Shown piece by piece: positions 24,356 through 37,333 of a stretch of DNA of 64,000 nucleotides. Below the pieces are notes generated by a model, which saw only the letters and a program-made list of their open reading frames with translations, was not told where the DNA came from and ran no database searches. A program made the translations under genes and the position numbers. Within the stretch, counting starts at the first letter, position 1. The number at the start of each line of letters is the position of its first letter. Source of the DNA: Octopus vulgaris. Lineage: Eukaryota. The stretch is from positions 114,886,001 through 114,950,000 of the forward strand of contig OX597822.1 of the NCBI GenBank assembly GCA_951406725.2, given 5' to 3'.

Positions 24356-24754
24356 TACTTTTGAGTTATACTTTATCTTTATTTTATAGAAAAGCAATGC
24401 CCATGATCCCTTACAGACCAACCGATATTCTTGGTGGTCATAATAAAACTGAATCCGAAAAGCTTGATCAAATGTTTACAACAGAACAAACCCTGCGACA
24501 AGCAGCCAAAGTGCCAGGTGATGATGATGGTGGTGCTAAACCGAACAATAGATAAAATATCCAATGAAAATATTAAAGTTTTACATAAGCGTTATAATTT
24601 ATGAGCAGCTGTCTGAAACCTTGTTTGCACAACGGATCAATTTCATGCAATACAATTTATCTGCGGGCCAACGGGTCACGCGCATAACAAAATAGAATAA
24701 ATTGCATTTTATTGTATATTAATTATTGTTTTTTTTCTTCTAATTCTTTTATTG

Positions 24755-26176
24755 ATTTACCTGTTCAGTCTTTGGAATGCAGTCATAGTGGGTCATCGAC
24801 TTGAAGGTCTTTTAGTCCCACAAATCGATCTCAATGGTACTTCTTCTATCAGTTCTTCTTGCCGAACCATTAAGTTACGGGGACGTAAACAAACCAACTC
24901 CCGTTGTCAAGCAGTAGAGCGAAACAAGCACAAAGACTCTCACATACACAAACGTGTATGTATCTATGCACGTGTGTGTATATGTATATATATATATATA
25001 TATACGCACATACACGCACGTAAGCGCACACACGCACACAAGTACACGCACGCACATTACACCCACACAACTCCCAAAACCCCCACACACACACATACAC
25101 AAATTCACATACACACCGATACATATACATATACATACACACAATATATGCCTACACGCGCACACACACATACACATACGTATACACATATAGACACAGA
25201 CACACACACGCACGCAAAAACAAGCGCACACATACGGACGCACACACGCACACGAATGCACACACCCAAAACTCACAAACCCACGGATACACGTATATAC
25301 ACCCATATACGCTTACACACACACATACAAACGCACACGTACACGCAAACAAAACTACACGCACATACGACACGCACGCACATACATACACACATACACA
25401 CAATTATACATACATGTATACATACATACATCCAATGGCGGTGCCCCAGCATGACCACAGCTCATTAGCTGAAACTGGAAAAATCAATCAAAATCATACG
25501 CACGTACAAGCACACACGCACACATACACTAAGTAAAGCACAGTTATTCGCCACACACCCAATCTCTACGCATACACACATGAACATACACATACATGCA
25601 CACACACACTACAAACAAAACACACACACGATACATATACATACACACACATACTTCAATCCAGCAATACCTACTACTTGACCTGTGGTAGAGACAAAAG
25701 GCGCCACTCCCAAATTCCTTCTTCCTCGACCTTAACACTACTAGCCCTACAACACGCATTGATTAATAGCCACAACCACACACACATACACACACACAAT
25801 GTGTCATCATTGCACACATACACACATACACACACACGCACACGCAAACCTCCGCGTACGCACATATCCACACTTACACACACATTCCTCCTCCTCTACC
25901 ACTCTCCTGTCTTGAAAGAAATACTCTCCTGTCTTTGAAAAAACCTTTCTTCACCCATTTCCTTCCGGTCTTTCAAAATGTGACCGCGTGTGTACAGTTG
26001 GCGATTTTTTTTCCTCTGTCTTCCCTTCTCTGGATCTTTTCTCCTCGTATGTTTCCGACGAAGAGCTCCGCTCGAAACGTTAAACCCTCCTTCTTTCCTT
26101 CTTTCCTGAGCGTCCAATAATACTATATTTGTTCCACGTCCTCGCGTTGTTTTTTTTTGTGCTTTCTTGTTTGGAT

Positions 26177-26231
<55 letters not shown>

Positions 26232-26477
26232 ATATATACAGACACACATGCATACATACATACATACATACATACATACATTCATACATACATACATACA
26301 TACAAACATACATACATACATACATACATACATACATTCATTCATACATACATACATATATACATACATACATGCAATATATACATACATACACACATAC
26401 ATGCATACATACATACATACATACACACATACATACATACACACATACATACATACATACATACATACATACATACA

Positions 26478-26509
<32 letters not shown>

Positions 26510-26670
26510 AACACACACGTACACAACGAGTTTCTTTCCGTTTTCCTCTACCAAATCCACTCAGCGGCTTTGGTTGGCTCGAGGTTACAGTAGTAAAGAC
26601 TAAACCAAGGTGCCACGCAGGAGGACTGACCCCGGAGCTATGTGGTTGCCAAGAAAACCTCTTACGACAC
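24755..26670 (-). mobile_element. SINE family C inflated by microsatellite expansion and nested insertions (tail about 24755-24935, head about 26525-26670)
   Basis: The 3' and 5' halves of family C flank about 1.6 kb of (CA)/(CATA)/(TA) repeats plus a nested hammerhead repeat. Confidence 0.6.
25935..26181 (+). mobile_element. Hammerhead-bearing PLE-terminus-like repeat, copy 2 (ribozyme at 26051-26085)
   Basis: gttt-CCGACGA-a-gagc tcc gctc-GAAACGTT-aaac. Ends ggattaac(ta)n. Confidence 0.85.
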
Positions 26671-26912
26671 ACCCTTACATTGCATATATATTACATATGT
26701 AATGCAAAAGGCAGCCTGCAGATTGCGTTTGTAAATAAAATAAAATAAAATGCAATTTAATTTTGTTTTTCCTCTGTGCGGCCCGAAACCAATTGATCCA
26801 CGGCTCGGTTCAAGTCCGAGCCTCGGCACTGGTCCGCTGGTTGCGGAACCCTGACCGGCAAAACTAACAATATATTCATGAAACTTGTATTCATTTGATA
26901 AGGTCATAATAT

Positions 26913-27813
26913 ATTCTTTTCTAGTTTAGGCACGAGACCCGAAATTCTTGGGGAGAGAACCAGTCGATTAGATTGACCCCAGTGCGTAACTGGTACTTAA
27001 TTTATCGATCCCGAAAGGCAAAGTCGATCTCGGTGGAATTTGAACCAATAACGTAAAGACAAACGAAATACCTATTTCTTTACTACCACAAGGGGCTAAA
27101 CACAGAGAGGACAAACATGGACAGACGAACGGATTAAGTCGATTACATCGACTCCAGTGCGTAACTGGTACTTATTTCATCGACTCCGAAAGGATGAAAG
27201 GTAAAGTCGACCTCGGCGGAATTTGAGCTCAGATCGTAGTGGCAGACGAAATACCTATTTCTTTACTACCCACAAAGGGCTAAAAACAGAGGGGACAAAC
27301 AAGAACAGACAAACGGATTAAGTCGATTACATCGACCCCAGTCCATCACTGGTACTTAATTTATCGACCCCGAAAGGATGAAAGGCAGAGTCGACCTCGG
27401 CGGAATTTGAACTCAGAACGTAACGGCAGACAAAATACCACTGAGCATTTCGCCCGGCGTGCTAACGTTTCTTATTTCTTTATTGTCCACAAGGGGTTAA
27501 ACATAGAGAGTATTTATTTAATCGACCCCGAAAGGATGAAAAGCAAAGTCGACCTCGGCGGAATTTGAACCAAAAACGTAGCGGCAAACGAAATACCTAT
27601 TTCGTTACTACCCACAAGGGGCTAAACACAGAGAGGACAGACAAACGGACTAAGTCGATTATATCGACCCCAGTGCGTAACTGGTACTTATTTAATCGAC
27701 CCCGAAAGGATGAAAAGCAAAATCGGCGGAATTTGAACTCAGAACTTTGTGACAGGCGAAATACCTATTTCTTTACGCCCGGCGTGCTAACGGTTCTGCC
27801 AGCTCACCGCCTT
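26913..27813 (-). repeat. Head-to-tail tandem array of about 5 SINE family B units (unit about 183 bp)
   Basis: Recurrent junction gaaatac|ctatttc at 27071/2, 27254/5, 27596/7 and 27764/5. One complete head at about 27813. Confidence 0.9.
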
Positions 27814-28422
27814 TAAGGATTTATATATATAAAATAGAACAAATATAGTGTCACTCAAATGTACAATTATGATAGTAACTAAATTTATTGGCCTTTATTT
27901 CATGTTATTTATTTCTTTTTCACCGTATTGCTTTAAGTTCTACAAACTTCAGTAAATTATCCCACAGCTGAATATACACAACTACTGATGATCGATTAAA
28001 TAATCTGGCTTCATTCTGCAAATCATTTCTCTAAGCCAGTTTATGTACATCAAGCTTTTTTTTTCACTCATACGCTGTGTTGAGTCTCCTGTGATTTTCG
28101 TCGCTGTGTTGTGTTTATTAAAGACTGTTCTGTAAGGTGAGAGAACATAGCACATTGTACCTCAGCTAATGTCACGGCTGACGACTAATCTAAACGAGGG
28201 TGTTAAGTCGCTCCCTTTGCAAATGCCTCATATCATACTTATTCACTCTTTTATGCCATACTTTTATAACAGACATTCCTTCACGGTTAGTGTAAATAAT
28301 GCTTTGCGTACATCGACTCTAACGGTAGACATCTCTGTAGAAAGCAAGGAAAGAAAACATAAGGACAAAAATTATGATAAACACACGGTTATTCAGATAA
28401 ACAAATAAACATCTCAATTGAA

Positions 28423-28453
<31 letters not shown>

Positions 28454-28717
28454 ATTCTTTCTGAAAGTTGTTCCACCCAGATCAACTTGATTGCGTTGGA
28501 CGGGAATTTCTGAAAGGTTTTGCTATGAAAGCGGCGGTGTATTGAAGTTATAACGGCAACTAAGTGAATCAACAAACAACTAAATAAACAGATGAAGAGA
28601 TAAAAGTAAATTAGGTCTGTTAAAGAATGCACAATCTCAGAGCTTTCATATTATTTGCGTTCCAGTGTTTTATTATAATGTTATCATCATCATTATTACG
28701 ATTTTTATTATTATTAA

Positions 28718-28769
<52 letters not shown>

Positions 28770-28862
28770 GTCATCATTATTATTATTGTTATTATTATTA
28801 TTGTTATTATTAACATCATTATTATTATTGTTGTTGTTATTGCTGTTGTTGTTGCTGTTGTA

Positions 28863-28896
<34 letters not shown>

Positions 28897-28897
<1 letters not shown>

Positions 28898-31858
28898 TTT
28901 TTTTTTTCTTCTTTCAAATTTGCTTCCATTTCTTGCCGAGTGTTTTCCCGACTCCTAGGGCAAAGAAACTCATAGTATACATTGGTAGGCCATTAAACCA
29001 AACTCAATAGTTCGTTCATTAAAAAATTTTTTTTTTGAAGTTAAATTAAAAATACATGAGCAGCAACAGTTCTCACATCGACAATGCTCTTCTCAATACG
29101 TGTGATGTACCAGTTAAGACAATCTTTTGCACTTCGTGCAGGGATGGTAAGCCAGGGATCATTCTCATATAATTTTCGGTTCCCTTCTTGATCATTCCTA
29201 GTGCTCCTACGATCACTGGTATTGTAACCGCCTTGAGATGCCACATTTTCTCAATTTCAATGAGTAGGTCTTTATATTTTCTGAGCTTGTCAAACTCTTT
29301 CGCTGAGATATTATGATCACAGGGGATGCTCATGTCGATCAATAAGCAAACTTTATTGTTTTGGTCTTTCACAACAATATCTGGTTTATTGGCCTTGATG
29401 GTTCGGTCTGTATGTACTGAAAAGTTCCACAGAATGGTTACATTTTCTCCTTCAGTTACAGCCTCAGGGTGGTGATTATACCACTTGTCGGCAGTTTTGA
29501 TATTGTAATGCCGACTTATTAGCCAGTGTAGATATTGGCCAACTCTGTCATGTCTTAATTTATACTCCACTGGTGCTAAAACTTTACATCCAGAGATTAG
29601 GTGGTCCACTGTTTCAATCATGTCGTTGCAGAATCGGCATTTTGGGTCTGCTCCAGTTTTCATCACATTGGCCTGGTAGTTCCGGGTTAATAGGCTTTGA
29701 TCTTGAGCAGCCAGGATGAAACCTTCGCTCTCTGCTTTTAGCCCTGAGCTCCGTAGCCACTGATGGGTTTGCTTCTGGTCAACATCAACTTGTTTGCTGC
29801 GGGCCACATATTTGCCGTGCAGAGGTTTCTCCTCCCACCTATCAGCCAATTGCTCGTGCGCTTTTTTCGTTGCCATTATTTTCACCTTCTTTGCAACAAT
29901 AGTTGCCGTACTTCCCTCGGGTTGTTCAGTTTGGGTATCCTGCACGAGATCAATAGCAAATTTTTTGCTTTCCTTTATGATAGAATGAAGCTTCTTTCGT
30001 CTCTCGTGATTTTCCAGGAGTTTTAGCATCCAGTCATTCGTTATTTCGAGATATTTGGCCAGTTCAATTGTGGTTGTTTTGTAAGCTAGTTCAAATTGGA
30101 TCAGGCCTCGATCTCCTTGGGCTCTGGGAAGGTAAAGGCGATCTACGTCTGCCTTTGGGTGGTGCATCCTATTACAACTCAGCAGCTTGCGTATTTTCCT
30201 ATCTATATTCTTTACTTCACTCATATTCCAGTTCAACACATTGTAGCTATAAGTAACAACTGGAACTGCTAAGGAATTTATAGCTAACACCTTGTTACGT
30301 GCATTTAGTTCAGATTTCAGGACTGCACGAACTCTCCTATAACATTCCTTCCTGATCTTCTCTTTCATGCTTGCATGCTGAATACCAGAGCCTTCATTTA
30401 TCCCTAAATATTTGTATGTTTGTTCTTGCTCAAGCTCTCTTATGACTGTGTCAACATCTAACACGACTGAAATTGTGGTCTTCACTTTCCCTTTCTGGAA
30501 AGTGGCCTTGGCACACTTCTCAAGTCCAAACTCCATCCCGATGTCATCGCTGAATGCTTTCACAGTGCGCAATAGGCCTTCAAGTTCATTATTGTCTTTA
30601 CCATAGAGTTTTAAGTCATCCATATAAAATAGATGGCTTATTTTTTTATTGGCAATTTTATACCCATATCCTGTTCTATTTAATTCACTTGTAAGGGGTA
30701 TTAGGGCTATGCAGAATATTAAAGGTGAAAGTGAGTCACCTTGAAAAATTCCACAGTTGATGTTTATATTTTCTGAGGCAAGTACTCCATTAGAGTGGTA
30801 TAATTGGAGATTCGTATTCCACAACGACATATTGTGCTTCAGGAAGTTTGAAATCACAGGGGAAATTTTGAAGATGTCCACCGATCTCAGGATCCATGGA
30901 TACGGTATACTGTCGAAGGCCTTTTTTATAGTCAATCCATGCGGTGCTGAGATTTCTGCGCTTGTTGTGAAAGTTCTCAAGGATCATACGATTAATTAGC
31001 AGTTGATCTTTGCATCCGTAAGAGCCTCGGCGGCACCCTTTTTGTTCAATGGGGAAAATATCGTTCTTCTCCATGAATGTATATGTTTTCTCCGCCAGGA
31101 TAGATGTTAAGATTTTATACGTGGTGGATAGACAGGTTATAGGCCGATAGTTTTTTGGAAGGTTGGTTTCGTTATTCTTTGGGAGTAGGTAAGTAATACC
31201 ACTTGCTAACCATTCAGGTGTTTTCTTTGGGTCTCTCATAATTCCATTGAGCAGCTGAACTAGCTTACCGTGTGCGCATGGGAGCGATGCGAGCCAGAAA
31301 TTCGGCACCCTATCTTTACCGGGGGATTTCCAGTTATGGTCCTTCGTGAGTGCCTTTCTTAGGTCTGCTATTGTGATGTCTTCCCATGCTTGTTGCTGTA
31401 AATTGTGGTAGGATCCTTCAGTTTGTATAATCCAGTCTGCATTTATCTTGTACGTCTCTTGTCACTCCAAATCCTTTTCCAAAAGTTTTGAACTTCTTCT
31501 ATGGGAGGGGGTCTTTAACGGTTACTTTCTCCTTCCCTATTTCTCTGTAGAATTTTTTGGCATTGGATGTGAACAGCTTATTTTGCTTGTAAAACTTGTT
31601 TCTCTTCTCAAATCTTCGTATTCTTTGGGCTTTTGCTTGGACTTTTTGTTTCAGCGTTTCTTTTATTGATATCAGTTCTTCTCTTGGTGAGGATCCAAAT
31701 TTTCTCTTCATCTTTCTTCCTGTTCTGGATCTTACATCATTTCCACATATTAGTTCATTTAATATTGATATTTCCCCTCTCATAAATTCAATCTCTTTTT
31801 CAATTTTACTTCTCCAGGATTGATTTCTTCCCAGGTTTGGTTTTCTTAGTTTTTTTAG

Positions 31859-31860
<2 letters not shown>
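28897..31860 (-). mobile_element. R4/Dong-clade non-LTR retrotransposon, 5'-truncated, inserted in (TAA)n
   Basis: RT and RLE coding sequence, short 3' UTR ending in an A-run plus (TAA)n, and ATT repeats on both flanks. Confidence 0.92.
29073..31822 (-). pseudogene. Reverse transcriptase, CCHC knuckle and restriction-like endonuclease polyprotein with about 3 frameshifts
   Basis: NYRPITCL, EQKGC, WIDYKK/AFDS, GIFQGDSLSP, HLFYMDDLKL, CRFC..ETVDHLISGC, RHD, KPDIVV..LIDMSIP..KLRKY, PVIVGALG. Confidence 0.92.
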
Positions 31861-31935
<75 letters not shown>

Positions 31936-32293
31936 TTCATTATTATTATTGTTGTTGTTATTGCTGTTGTTGTTGCTGTTGTAATTATTATTATTATTAT
32001 TATTGGTAGAATCGTGGGAATAATGGCGGTGATTAAGGATTAGACTGTTGCTCGGTTGATTGGTTGGTTGGTTGGTTGGTTGGTTGGTTGGTGCTGTTCT
32101 TCCTCTTGTTGTTACAAACGACAGTAGTGTTAACAATGTCGGTAGTGGTGTCGGTAGTGGTGCTGTTGCTGCTGTTATTGTTGTTAAGACTCCGGTCCCT
32201 AGAATGTAATGTTTCATTTGAGGTATTTAGGCTTCTTTTTCTTGCAGGCCGAGCATCGCCGAAAAGACTTTCCTGCTGATAAGAGCGCAAAGG

Positions 32294-32742
32294 AAGGCGG
32301 TGAGCTGGCAGAAACGTTAGCACGCCGGGCGAAATGCTATCGGTATTTCGTCTGCCGCTGCGTTCTGAGTTCAAATTCGGCCGAGGTCGACTTTGCCTGT
32401 CGATTAAATAAGTACCAGTTATGCACTGGGGTCGATGTAATCAACTTAATCCGTTTGTCTGTCCTTGTTTGTCCCCTCCATGTTTAGCCCCTTCTGGGCA
32501 ATAAAGAAATAAGGAATCAATTTTCAATAGTGTCATGTTGACCATTAAAAAAATAAGCGGCAAACTGGCAGAATCGTTAACAAGCAGCGTAGACTGTTTA
32601 GCAGCGTTTCGTCAGTCTTCACATTTTGAGTTCAATTTCATCTTTTCGAGTTCGATAAAGTACCAGTTGAGTACTGAGGTTGATATAATCGACTTAACTC
32701 TTCCCCGAAATTGCTGGCTTTATGCCAAAATTTGAAACCAAT
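32294..32742 (+). mobile_element. Two SINE family B copies (32294-32515 and 32556-32742)
   Basis: Heads aaggcggtgagctggcagaaacgttag and gcggcaaactggcagaatcgttaa. Confidence 0.85.
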
Positions 32743-33099
32743 ATCCGACTGATCAGTTCGTATAAAACGCTCGGGCTTGGTCTTCCGGATAATTCAAGAT
32801 ACAAGTATCTACTTAGTTTGTCGATTGCCTTTAGGCGGCTGTACTATTGGGCACATGTTTACTCGACGTTAACCGCCAATGTAGTTCATCTCGTATCTGT
32901 ACTCAACCCCAACCTCTTGCGCTCTTTCTAAAGATGAAGTTACTTTTGTTGTTTTCATGCAAAAAGCAGTTACACAGTAATTTAGGAGCTACAGATATCA
33001 TCATGCGGTTTGTTGACAACACATCTCAAATCTCGAGAACTTTCCTCGCAGTATACAGAATAGCACTTTTTTCTGCATGTCGATAATACGTCTTTCACA

Positions 33100-33550
33100 T
33101 CTTAAATCCTTCAACCTCTCAGGTTGAATGTCAAGCTGAGTGCACCAATAACCACAATGTTTTTATCTCTCTGGATAGGTCCTAAGTTTGTCAGTTTCCT
33201 TGATAAAAACCCTTTTGTATTATAGTATTGCAAAGTCTGTAACCTTTACACTGTTCTTTTTGTTTTCCACAATCATATGTGTGCTTGCTTCAATAGTATG
33301 ATCAGTCTCTATACGGAAATCCCTTAAAATCTTGCATTGGTCACAATCACCATTTCAAATCCTCTAAACTTGGCTAAAATAATGCCCTATTCTGTGTTTA
33401 TACTCTATTTCAGCTCGCTCTTTCTACATTCTAAGGTGATGTGAACATTTTCGTCCCCTTTTCCATAGATTCTTCGTTCGCTGCCTGTTTAAGGTCTATC
33501 GTGTTGCCTCTTTAACAAATTCATCCTGATGGCTTGTTCCTAGTGGTTAT
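33100..33550 (-). mobile_element. Old, degraded R4/Dong-type RLE-domain fragment
   Basis: Minus strand CKILRDFRIETDHTIEASTHMIVENKK..KVTDFAIL*.KRVFIKETDKLRTY...IVVIGALS parallels the C-terminus of the 29073 ORF. Confidence 0.6.
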
Positions 33551-34049
33551 GATTAAGGATTCGGATTATCGCATCAGATGATCGCTTCAGGTGATCGCTT
33601 CGGATATCCATCTCACTACAACCAGCTTTCTTCATTTCCTTCCTCACTAAATACAAAATCCGAAACATGTAATACCTTCTAAATTTAACAAACCTCCCTT
33701 TCTACCTCCCTTCTTGAAAAAAACAAACAAACAGAGGATATGAATATAACATATACGGTAAAATGTATTATACACTGTGAGCAGCTTCCTGGATCTTATA
33801 TCCAAGCTATTGTAGTAGTGTTTTTGTTACGTAAGGAATTCATCAGTATCATCTTCATCATCATCGTCATCATTGTCATCATCATTATCGTCGTCATCAT
33901 CATCATCCTTATCGTCATCTTCATCATCATCATCGTCATCGTCATCATCATCAAATACATTATAGCCACGATCATCCTGTTTATGGCATATGCAGGATAT
34001 TTATTCTAAAGTTAATTAACCGTTCTTGAACTCGTAAATTAAGCAAATC

Positions 34050-34111
<62 letters not shown>

Positions 34112-34116
<5 letters not shown>

Positions 34117-34320
34117 TAATCCAAACAAGAAAGCACAAAAAAAACACAACAACGCGAGGACGTGGAACAAGTATAGTATTATTGGACGCTCAGGAAAGAA
34201 GGAAAGGAGGGTTTAACGTTTCGAGCAGAGCTCTTCGTCGGAAACATAGGAGAAGGAAAGATCCAGAGAAGGGAAGACAGAGGGAAAAAAATCGCCAACG
34301 GTGCACACGAGGTCACATTT
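34112..34320 (-). mobile_element. Hammerhead-bearing PLE-terminus-like repeat, copy 3 (ribozyme at 34211-34245)
   Basis: Reverse complement of the 26 kb copy, flanked by (TA)n on both sides. Confidence 0.85.
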
Positions 34321-34784
34321 TATATATATTTACTGGATACGATTTACGAACGGTGTAACGGTTAAAATCTTAGGAGTATTCCTCCTAGTAATTTTTAGTA
34401 TGAAAACTACACACTACGGGTACGTTAATAACTTGTGTGATTTATAGGAGGAGAAGCTGCTACGTGGAGACTCCCTCGTGATATCGATAAGGATAGTGGA
34501 GCTGGTGTGGAGAAGGTGAGGGAGTTACAGCTGTTGTTATTTAGCCACAGGTCAGACATGATTGAGTTTAACCTTATAGAAAACGCTACAGTTGCGATTG
34601 TTCATTCTTTTTGTGTATCTAAAATATTTTACATGGTAAAGTGTGATTTGAGGGAAGTTAGCTACTATATCTATCCGTTCGGATGACTGCCACTCAGAGG
34701 TTTCATCTTTGGCTTTTGGCATTAGTAGTAAAGCTGTAATGTGCAAGAATCAATGATATCGTTGTTAATATTATGATATCGTAT

Positions 34785-35205
34785 AATGCGACAGTCTGGC
34801 TGAATGCTTTGCGACATTTTGTCTGTCATTACTTTATGAGTTCGAATTCCGTTCTGATCGACTTTGCCTTTCATCACTCTGGGATCGAAAGAGTTAGTAC
34901 TTGTTGAACACTGGAGTCGATGTAATCGATTTATCCTCTCTCCCAAAATTGTTAACCTTGTGCCAAAACTTGAAATCAATACTATTATATCGTATAAAAC
35001 AGCAAGCTGGCAGAATCGTTAGCACGCCAGGCTTAGCGAAATTTCGTCCGTCTTTACGTTCTGAGTTCAAATTCCACCGAGTTCGACTTTGCTTTCATCC
35101 TCTCGAGATCGATAAAATAAGTACCAGTTGAGCTCTGGGGTCGAGTTAATCAACTTAGCCCATCCGCCGAAATTTCAGGCCTTGTGCCAACACGTGGAAC
35201 CAGTA
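34785..35205 (+). mobile_element. Two diverged SINE family B copies
   Basis: gactttgcctttcatc...gataaaataagtaccagttgag cores. Confidence 0.75.
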
Positions 35206-35479
35206 TCATAATGTCGTTGACAGGACCGGCTTCTGTTTAGTAATGATGGTATGTTTCGTTGTTCTTTATGTTGTGACGTATTAGAGTTGGTTACTACCAA
35301 TATGACAAAAGATGTTCCATTTGTGACTGTCCCGTCTCTTTTCGTTAGGCATAGTGCATTCGGGATTGCATTATCTATTTTAAGGGAGTAGGGTGTATTT
35401 CCATGAAAATTTGTCAGCTATTTCCAATAAACTGAGAACCTAACACGCAGAGCATTCGATGTCAGTTCCCATAGATGCT

Positions 35480-37070
35480 TCGCTAAAAGAATCTCAGCGA
35501 AGTAGATAATATTGATATCCACATAGACTGGGGAAATTCCGAGGAAAATCACTTCTACTAAAGGAAAAGTGGAATTTCTGTTTAGTTCTTGTATTGGAAT
35601 GGAAATCACATAGGAGATGGTGAGAGTGAATGCAATGTACCGACTGGATTTAAGATAGGCTAACTTAACTCAGACAGGTTTGGTCAAGCCGTATCTAGCT
35701 TAATAGAAGCACCTGGAGTAGTCTTTTAAGCCATGCTTTAGGACATCATAGCCCATTCGGCAAGGGAGTTGTGGTTTGCCGAGATATATACGCTTGTAGG
35801 AAGTTTGTCAGTTATCACTTGAAGGAATTTGTCCATTTACCTTCTGAATGTTATAGGCTCTCTTTCTTTTTTGATGCGATAATCCGAATCACTAGTTAAG
35901 ATAAAATTATTTTGCCGCAATATTGTTATGTGAAGCGAGCTCGACTATTGTAGGATCTAAACCTTGAATAACTTGTGAACTTAATACCTATTTCTTTATT
36001 ACCCACAAGGGGCTAAACATAGAGGTGACAAACAAGGACAGACATAGGTATTAAGTCGTTTACATCGACCCCAGTGCAGGACTGGTACTTAATTTATCGA
36101 CCCCGAAAGATGAAAGGCAAAGTCAACCTCGGCGGAATTTGAACTGACAACGTAACGACAGACGAAATACCGCTAAGCATTTCATCCGGCGTGCTAACGT
36201 TTCTGCCAGCTCGCCGTCTTGTGAACTTAATACCGGCATCGTTTTATCGGTCAGCAGCGTCGTAGAGAATAAATTCCGAGCATTTTTAAGCGATCCTAAT
36301 AGTCAAATGCTGTTAAGTCATTTATTTATTTATTTATTTAATGTATGCGTGTGATTGATTTCTGAAGTGTTTCAGTTATCATAATGGTTTGTTTTGCTTA
36401 AATAGACTATAATGACTGTGGGCAGCAATATTCAAGGTGTGAAATTTTTCAAGCATAGAGAAGCGAAGGATGGAGCTGTCTGAACCTCTGGAGTAGAAAG
36501 TGCAAAGGAGCCATAAGCAGATTGTACGGATAGTATAGATTCAGCAAGTGATGTGCGTTAGACGTAGAGAGGAGAATACGAAAAGGAGGGATACTCCTGG
36601 AGGAGGTGATATACAGTTTGTGAGATTAAAGGAACAGAGAACGTATTAGTAGTGGTAAAAGATGCATAGATATGAAACAGCATATCTGTGATTGAGTAGC
36701 TGCTGAGATGATTCGTATTCTTTTAAATGCAAGTTAAGTATTAAGTGTATGTGGGAGTAACTACCCAGAAATGTGAACAATATTTCTTGAGGATGAGAAT
36801 CGAAGATTAAAAAGAGTTGGAATATTTTTCCGATCGTGTGAAAAGAAAGAATTTAAACCTTGGAATGTGAGCGATCCAGAAATTCCAACACACTGCTTAA
36901 TTGGAGATCTGAAATTTTTAGCAGGTGTAAACACATGAACAGTTTTCTTTTATCGAACTGGAAGGCACCACCCACTCCAGATTGAGTCTCCATGACTTAG
37001 ACATATATTCTGCTATTGTGTTCTAACCCAGTTGTATTTAATGAACTTTCTGCAATCAAGGAGGACGAGG
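35480..37070 (-). mobile_element. Highly decayed CR1/L2-type LINE fragments interrupted by a SINE
   Basis: Minus strand FRR*MDKFLQVITDKLP..YISANHNSL (about 35760-35860) resembles a CR1 C-terminus. Remainder weak. Confidence 0.4.
35989..36220 (-). mobile_element. SINE family B monomer, full length
   Basis: TSD cttgtgaacttaatacc at 35972-35988 and 36218-36234. Confidence 0.93.
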
Positions 37071-37300
37071 ATCGTTATTACAGATTTCGTTTCTTTTTTC
37101 TTGTTCCAGTTTTTTCACCAACCTTCTTTACGTCTTTCCTTTACTTATTTGATTGCTCACCAACGTCCTTCTTTTTAAAAAATCATATGTAATGCATAAA
37201 CAGGACCTAACAGATTAAGCGACATGGCGTAATTTATAAATGTGCCTGTTCAAGTATCATAATAGTATGAAACTAACAGCTCTTTCGGTTGTGTAATTTG

Positions 37301-37333
<33 letters not shown>

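Noticed and set aside
24752-26748. Long ORFs of 190-260 aa (HT, YI, CV, MYV repeats)
   Set aside because: Translations of stop-free (CA)n, (CATA)n and (TA)n repeats.
26913-27813. CRISPR-like or satellite array
   Set aside because: Units are about 183-bp SINE bodies with no unique spacers, in a eukaryotic context with no cas genes.
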